From Methanosphaera stadtmanae DSM 3091 (GTDB taxonomy: Archaea; Methanobacteriota; Methanobacteria; Methanobacteriales; Methanobacteriaceae): a stretch of DNA of 32,000 bases. The stretch is from assembly GCF_000012545.1 (NCBI RefSeq), contig NC_007681.1:750001-782000 (forward strand). Direction: 5' to 3'. Position 1 is the stretch's first letter, and the number at the start of each line of letters is the position of its first letter. Both the position numbers and the translations under genes were made by a program. A model generated the notes under the pieces. That model was given only the letters and a program-made list of their open reading frames with translations. It was not told the origin of the DNA and searched no databases. Of the stretch, positions 27,041-32,000 are shown in pieces.

Positions 27041-27391
27041 TTAAATAGCATTAACACCACGTTCACCAGTTCTTATTCTGATAATATCTTCTATATCAGA
27101 GACAAATATTTTACCATCTCCAACATTACCAGTAAAAGCACTACTTTTAATAGTATCAACTATCTTTTCAACTTCAGTCTCAGTAGTAATAATATCTAAT
27201 TTAATTTTAGAAATCAAATCAACATTATATACATTTCCACGATATTTTTCGACAATACCTAATTGTTTGCCTCTACCTTTTACATTACTGACAGTTAAAC
27301 CTTTACAATTAATATTTTCTAAATTATTTTTTACAATATCTAATTTTTCAGGTCTAATAATAGCTTCTACTTTTTTAAACATAAAATTCAT
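27041..27391 (-). CDS. PII-family signal protein linked to the glutamate-synthase-like operon
   Basis: The strings VEAIIRPEKL, T-loop GRGKQLG..KYRGNVY and TGNVGDGKIFV are PII signatures. It lies 14 nt downstream of the FMN subunit stop. The start is possibly the ATG at 27382. Confidence 0.9.
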   Translation of the reverse strand: MNFMFKKVEAIIRPEKLDIVKNNLENINCKGLTVSNVKGRGKQLGIVEKYRGNVYNVDLISKIKLDIITTETEVEKIVDTIKSSAFTGNVGDGKIFVSDIEDIIRIRTGERGVNAI

Positions 27392-27405
27392 CCCATTAAT
27401 TTTTT

Positions 27406-28884
27406 TTATCTAACTAGAGGTATTCCAGTAATTTGTGAAGCTTCCATAGTTAATGAAACTAAATCCTCTTTTTCAAGTTTTTGAATATCAGTATTACCTG
27501 CCTGTTGAGTTAACATTTTAGCCTCAGCAGTCATTGCTTTAATATAATTAGCAACTCTTTGACCACCACGCACTGGATCTAATCTTCTTCTTAACATTCT
27601 ATCCTGTGTAGCAATACCTTTAGGACATTTACCTTTACTACATGCTTTACAAACCTTACATCCAATTGATACTAATGCAGCAGTACCAATATATGTTGCA
27701 TCTGCACCTAATGCTATAGCTTTAGCAACATCAGCACCAGATCTAATACCTCCAGCAGCTACAAGACTTACCTCTGTTCTTAAATTAACTTCTTTAAGGG
27801 CAGTATCTGCTTCCATAATTGCTTGTATTGTAGGAATACCTGAATGTTCTGTAATAACTTCAGGGCCAGCTCCTGTACCACCTTGCATACCATCAATAAC
27901 AATTATATCAGCACCAGCTTTTGCAGCAATTTTAACATCTTGTTCTACACGTCCAGCAGTAAATTTAACAATGATTGGAACTTTCCAATCAGTAATATCA
28001 CGTAATTGATCAATTTTCATTCCTAAATCCTCTGGACCTACAATATCCATGTGTCTTGCAGGACTTAAGGCATCTGTACCTTGTGGAATATTTCTAATTC
28101 TTGCTACTTCTGCTGTAACTTTTTTAGCAAGAAGATGTCCTCCCATTCCAGATTTAGCTCCTTGTCCAATCTTGATTTCAACAGCTTCAGCATTGTTTAA
28201 GTAATTTGCAGACATACCAAATCTTCCAGAAGCATATTGGGCTATTAATTTATCAGCATAATGACGTTCTTCAGGTAACATTCCACCTTCACCAGTATTT
28301 GATGCTGTACCTGCAAGTGTTGCTCCTCTTGCAAAGGAAATTTTAGCTTCTTTACTAATAGCACCAAAAGACATTGCTCCAATCATAATAGGAGTATCAA
28401 TTTTTAATGGATTTTCTGCAAAACGATCACCTAAAACAACTTCAGTTTTACATGGTTCCCTATATGAATCTATAGGAGGACGTGAAACTTGTGCAGGTAA
28501 AATACTTAAATCATCAAATGTTGGAACTATTCTTGTTGCTCCACAACCTCTAACTTTATATGAACCTGTTGAAGATTTACGTTGAATTTCAAGCATTGAT
28601 TGACTAGACCATACACCTCTTCCTTCATATGGAAGGGGAGTTACATAAATTGCATTTGTAGGACACATTTGTTCACATATTTTACATCCTACACAGTTTT
28701 CTTTATGTACTGGTTGTGGTTCATCATTTATTATTTCATAAACATCATGTGGACAGTTAGAATAACAACTGTAACAATTTTTACATAATGATTTTTTTGG
28801 ATTGTCACAGAGATACCAGCAACATCCTGGACGATTATTATTCCTTTTACATATTTCAGATCTTCTTTCTACATTAAAAGGCAT
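27406..28884 (-). CDS. Glutamate synthase FMN-binding (GltB domain 2-like) subunit with an N-terminal 2x[4Fe-4S] ferredoxin region
   Basis: CKNCYSCYSNCP and CVGCKICEQMCP ferredoxin motifs. These are followed by a GltS FMN domain (IMIGAMSFGAIS, NTGEGG, KIGQGAKSGMGGHL, DGMQGGTGA, GGIRSG, CPKGIATQD). Confidence 0.88.
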   Translation of the reverse strand: MPFNVERRSEICKRNNNRPGCCWYLCDNPKKSLCKNCYSCYSNCPHDVYEIINDEPQPVHKENCVGCKICEQMCPTNAIYVTPLPYEGRGVWSSQSMLEIQRKSSTGSYKVRGCGATRIVPTFDDLSILPAQVSRPPIDSYREPCKTEVVLGDRFAENPLKIDTPIMIGAMSFGAISKEAKISFARGATLAGTASNTGEGGMLPEERHYADKLIAQYASGRFGMSANYLNNAEAVEIKIGQGAKSGMGGHLLAKKVTAEVARIRNIPQGTDALSPARHMDIVGPEDLGMKIDQLRDITDWKVPIIVKFTAGRVEQDVKIAAKAGADIIVIDGMQGGTGAGPEVITEHSGIPTIQAIMEADTALKEVNLRTEVSLVAAGGIRSGADVAKAIALGADATYIGTAALVSIGCKVCKACSKGKCPKGIATQDRMLRRRLDPVRGGQRVANYIKAMTAEAKMLTQQAGNTDIQKLEKEDLVSLTMEASQITGIPLVR

Positions 28885-29955
28885 TTAAATCACATCCTCT
28901 TTCAAGTCAATTAATGGTTTGAATACTGGACATACAGAGTATTTTGTTCCAGATGATTTAACAATTTCATCAATATCATCAGTTAATACAGGGTATGGTT
29001 TCCAGGCAAGGTCATCTTTTTTATCTACAACTAAAGCTTTAGTAACAATTTTATTGGATACTAAGTAGTCAAGTATTGTTGTAACAACAACACCATCTTG
29101 TCCATCATAATGTTTTAATGATCTTACTGTCATTATTTTTTTATAATCTCCTAATACTTTAGATGAATCATTTCTAAGTTTTTCAGGAATGAATGTTCTA
29201 GGACATACAGCAAAACAGAAATGACAGTCTTCAGGACATTTTTTACTTTTTCTTGGTTTTGAATCTTTAATTGTTATTAATCCATCAGGACATGCATATT
29301 CACATGCTCCACATAAAACACAAGCTCCAACATCAATAACATTTTTTCTTAGATCTAAGAAATTTGAATTATTTATTTCATCAAGAATAGCATTATCTGA
29401 TATTTCTCTTTGATATAATACTGGTCTTGCATGATATTCACGTTCTTCTATTGTTTCTAAGTTGTTTTGTATTTTTTTATCTGCAATTTTATTTAATAAT
29501 TTTAGTTGGGATTCTGTTAGATCATGAGCTTCAATATATCCCTGACTAATTGCATTATTAATAACATCTTGTCCTTTTTGTGTTCTTATTATGATTGTGG
29601 ACCAGCCATCTTCTGAACCTATGGAACCTATGGATATGTCTGATGTTTCTGATGATAATTCAGCACATATATGACAGTTTTTTCTAACAACTGATTTTGC
29701 AATGGATAATGGTATTTTTTCTAGTTTTCCATTTTTAAGGAAAATAAATGCTTTACCTTTTTCAATTCTAAATTTTTCTATTTCATCCATTGTTATGTTA
29801 TATTCCTTTAATAACTCAGTAAAATAGGAATATGAAAAGTTTTCCATACAGAATAAACCTATTTTAAAGTCAATTACTGATTCTGTATAATGTTGAATTT
29901 TTGATGCTGCCATTATTTCACATGGAGTTCCAACCATTGCTACTTTTTGATTCAT
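28885..29955 (-). CDS. FrhB/FdhB-family (F420-interacting) iron-sulfur flavoprotein-like subunit, domain order permuted
   Basis: aa 5-140 match the FrhB C-terminal domain (GTPCE, GLFCMENF, CHICAELSSETSDISIGSIGSEDGWST). aa 212-251 carry two Cys clusters (CVLCGACEYACP, CPEDCHFCFAVCP). aa 268-345 match the FrhB N-terminal domain (LGDYKKIMTVRS, GQDGVVVT, GTKYSVCP). The start overlaps the upstream stop (ATGA). Confidence 0.85.
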   Translation of the reverse strand: MNQKVAMVGTPCEIMAASKIQHYTESVIDFKIGLFCMENFSYSYFTELLKEYNITMDEIEKFRIEKGKAFIFLKNGKLEKIPLSIAKSVVRKNCHICAELSSETSDISIGSIGSEDGWSTIIIRTQKGQDVINNAISQGYIEAHDLTESQLKLLNKIADKKIQNNLETIEEREYHARPVLYQREISDNAILDEINNSNFLDLRKNVIDVGACVLCGACEYACPDGLITIKDSKPRKSKKCPEDCHFCFAVCPRTFIPEKLRNDSSKVLGDYKKIMTVRSLKHYDGQDGVVVTTILDYLVSNKIVTKALVVDKKDDLAWKPYPVLTDDIDEIVKSSGTKYSVCPVFKPLIDLKEDVI

Positions 29956-30632
29956 TTTTTACCCCCTGATTCAGTTTTAGTTTCACCATTAGTTATTTTT
30001 TTAAAGTTAGTATAATCTATATCACTTAATTCAAAGCCATATTTTGTTAATACTTCTTTTAATTCATTTTGGTCATCAAGGGTTGTGTGTTTTAGTACTG
30101 CTTTTTTACCTAGACTTTTTACTTGACCTAGTACATAGATTGTTCCACGCATAATGGATTCACCAGCATCATCTGTCACATCACCTAGAACTATAAGTCT
30201 TCCACCCATCATAAGAAGTCCAGTCATGAAGCCACTATTACCACCTATAATGACTGTTCCACCTTTCATGATTTCTCCAGTTCTTGAACCAGTATCTCCT
30301 TTTACAACTACAGTTCCATTATAAATTCCTTGTCCTGCACCATCACCAGATCCTCCTTCGATAATTAATTCTCCACCAGTCATATTATCTCCAGCAAACC
30401 ATCCAGCATTTCTAGTAATATGTATTTTTGCTCCATCTACCATGGTACCAACGAAGTATCCAGCAGATCCAACAATTTCTATTTCTACTTCTTCTATTAG
30501 TCCTGCTGCAATGTTGTGTTTAGATTGTGGATTTTTTATAATTAATTTATCATAATCTAGTGCATGTTCTTTTATGGATCTATTTAATGTTTTTTCATCC
30601 ATATCTTTAGCATCAATTGTATATTCTCTCAT
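29952..30632 (-). CDS. Glutamate synthase GXGXG (GltB domain 3-like) subunit
   Basis: Repeated GXGXG beta-helix motifs (GSAGYFVG, GGSGDGAGQG, GDTGSRTG, GGNSGFMTG). GGGAG SD upstream. Confidence 0.88.
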   Translation of the reverse strand: MREYTIDAKDMDEKTLNRSIKEHALDYDKLIIKNPQSKHNIAAGLIEEVEIEIVGSAGYFVGTMVDGAKIHITRNAGWFAGDNMTGGELIIEGGSGDGAGQGIYNGTVVVKGDTGSRTGEIMKGGTVIIGGNSGFMTGLLMMGGRLIVLGDVTDDAGESIMRGTIYVLGQVKSLGKKAVLKHTTLDDQNELKEVLTKYGFELSDIDYTNFKKITNGETKTESGGKK

Positions 30633-30650
30633 ATAATATTACTCCCTAAA

Positions 30651-31568
30651 TTATATTGTATAAGATCTTGTTTCACCCGGTGCTATTTGTTCTACATGGT
30701 CTGTATCTAGTACATCTTGTAGGGACATTTCTTCTGAAGCTATTGCAAACACATCATCATTTTCTGCCATTACTCCAGGTCTTAATCCTAATTTATCCTT
30801 AGCTATACCAATACCATTTGGAGTTCCAACAAGTATTGAGAATGGTCCATCTAAATCATGCACTGCTTCTTCTAATGCTTCTTCTAATTTATATCCTTGA
30901 TGTAATTTATCTGCCATGTAATGTACTATACATTCTGTATCATTGAATGATTCAAATTTATGTCCTTTTCTTTCAAGTGGATCTCTTATTTTCCAATAAT
31001 TTGTTATTTGTCCATTGTGTACTACTGTTATATCAGGTGTTATGTAACTTTGATATGGGTGTGCATGATATCTATCCACACCACTTTCTGTAGCAAATCT
31101 AGTATGTCCTATACCATGAGTTCCTACTCTTGAAGGTACGTTGTAACGTTTTGCAATGTCTTTTACAAGTCCAACATCTTTTATCATTTCAAATGAATGT
31201 GAACCATTTATTACTTGTATATCTTCTATTTTATCGAGATTTGTAATTAATGGTTTTAGTAATGAATAGTTTTCTAGATGTATTTCACATCTATATACAT
31301 CATAGTCATCTACAGAATGAATTAATTCTTCATTGTATATTGGACTAATCTGAGTTAAAGTTGTTTTGAGTTGATCAAGCAACATTGGTTTATTTTTTAA
31401 TTCTATATTTAGTTGATAATTATTTTCTGGAAGATTTAATCCACCATATATAGCAAAACCAGCAGAATCTGGTCCTCTATGTTGAAGAGATTCTAACATA
31501 GCAGTTAATGATTCTCCAACATTATGTGTTTTTTTATCTTTATATATTACTCCTGCTATACCACACAT
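30651..31568 (-). CDS. Class II (Ntn) glutamine amidotransferase subunit (GltB domain 1-like)
   Basis: The N-terminal MCGIAGV (catalytic Cys2), HRGPDSAG and HTRFATES are class II GATase signatures. The start overlaps the pdxT 3' end by 13 nt. Confidence 0.85.
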   Translation of the reverse strand: MCGIAGVIYKDKKTHNVGESLTAMLESLQHRGPDSAGFAIYGGLNLPENNYQLNIELKNKPMLLDQLKTTLTQISPIYNEELIHSVDDYDVYRCEIHLENYSLLKPLITNLDKIEDIQVINGSHSFEMIKDVGLVKDIAKRYNVPSRVGTHGIGHTRFATESGVDRYHAHPYQSYITPDITVVHNGQITNYWKIRDPLERKGHKFESFNDTECIVHYMADKLHQGYKLEEALEEAVHDLDGPFSILVGTPNGIGIAKDKLGLRPGVMAENDDVFAIASEEMSLQDVLDTDHVEQIAPGETRSYTI

Positions 31569-32000
31569 GATTCTACCTCTAATATAAATAATTTATGAAT
31601 TAATGTATCTTCAGTTAATTCAGGATGGAATGCTATTCCAATGTACTGATTTTGTTTAACTGCAATTATTTTATCATCATATTTACTTAATACTTCTACA
31701 TCATCACTAATTTGACTTATGTATGGAGCTCTGATAAATATTCCATGATAATCTTCATTATTGAATTTAATTTCTGATTCAAATGACATTCTTTGTCTTC
31801 CAAATCCATTTCTTTTTACTGTTGAATCTATTAATCCAAGTAATGGTTGGTCTTGGTCAGTTTTTTTGGAAAGTAGTACTAATCCTGCACAAGTACCTAA
31901 TATAGGTATTCCAGTTTCTTTAAGGTAATTAGAAAGTCCAGTTTTTTCTAGATGCATACCTATTGTGGAACTTTCTCCACCAGATATAATTAATCCATTA
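31556..32000 (-). CDS. pdxT: Pyridoxal 5'-phosphate synthase glutaminase subunit PdxT (N-terminus outside the window)
   Basis: The frame is open upstream of the listed ATG to the window edge and reads LIISGGESSTIG. GTCAG (catalytic Cys) and AFHPELT motifs are present. Confidence 0.88.
   Translation of the reverse strand, partial: NGLIISGGESSTIGMHLEKTGLSNYLKETGIPILGTCAGLVLLSKKTDQDQPLLGLIDSTVKRNGFGRQRMSFESEIKFNNEDYHGIFIRAPYISQISDDVEVLSKYDDKIIAVKQNQYIGIAFHPELTEDTLIHKLFILEVESCVV

Noticed and set aside
1-32000. Search for tRNA, rRNA, CRISPR arrays, IS elements or integrases
   Set aside because: No GC-rich structured segments, regularly spaced direct repeats, transposase/integrase-like ORFs or long terminal inverted repeats were seen in any intergenic region. 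The scan was by eye only, so a tRNAscan/Infernal run would be needed to be definitive.

Overview
Very AT-rich archaeal chromosomal window from a methanogen, most likely Methanobacteriales (Methanosphaera/Methanobrevibacter-like). The evidence is the gene content: F420-linked enzymes, an MptE-type pterin kinase, the EndA splicing endonuclease, a pseudomurein-binding-repeat-like protein, and GGTGAT/GGAGG-type ribosome-binding sites. I support 31 CDS. No rRNA, tRNA, CRISPR array or IS element could be supported. Positions 1-13.6 kb hold housekeeping genes: rtcB 3' end, MTA phosphorylase, nadA, a GT2+GT-B fusion glycosyltransferase, a radical SAM gene, aroE, hisS-hisI, a PIN-ATPase-KH protein, endA and trpS. 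Positions 13.9-19.8 kb are the least ordinary part. They hold a 529-aa orphan protein and a 1.08-kb ORF-free tract that looks like a diverged ~590-bp duplication rich in GTATTAC/GTAATAC and ATTACTTTT motifs. They also hold a cbiM/PDGLE/cbiQ metal-uptake cluster with no ATPase gene, a pseudomurein-binding-like protein without a signal peptide, and a solitary RelE-like gene. Positions 20-26 kb hold a DRG GTPase, two copies of an ~84-bp hairpin-forming repeat in a convergent intergenic region, mptE, and a class V aminotransferase. They also hold amt-glnK, preceded by a TATA box and an exact GGAA-N6-TTCC (NrpR-type) operator. Positions 26-32 kb on the minus strand hold the best candidate for an under-described system. 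It runs pdxT, then a four-gene split glutamate-synthase-like operon (GATase II, GXGXG, FrhB-like subunit, ferredoxin-FMN subunit), then a dedicated PII gene, then an F420:NADP oxidoreductase. The FrhB-like subunit appears circularly permuted relative to canonical FrhB/FdhB. All functional calls come from reading the translated ORFs and from recalled family signatures; no database search was run.
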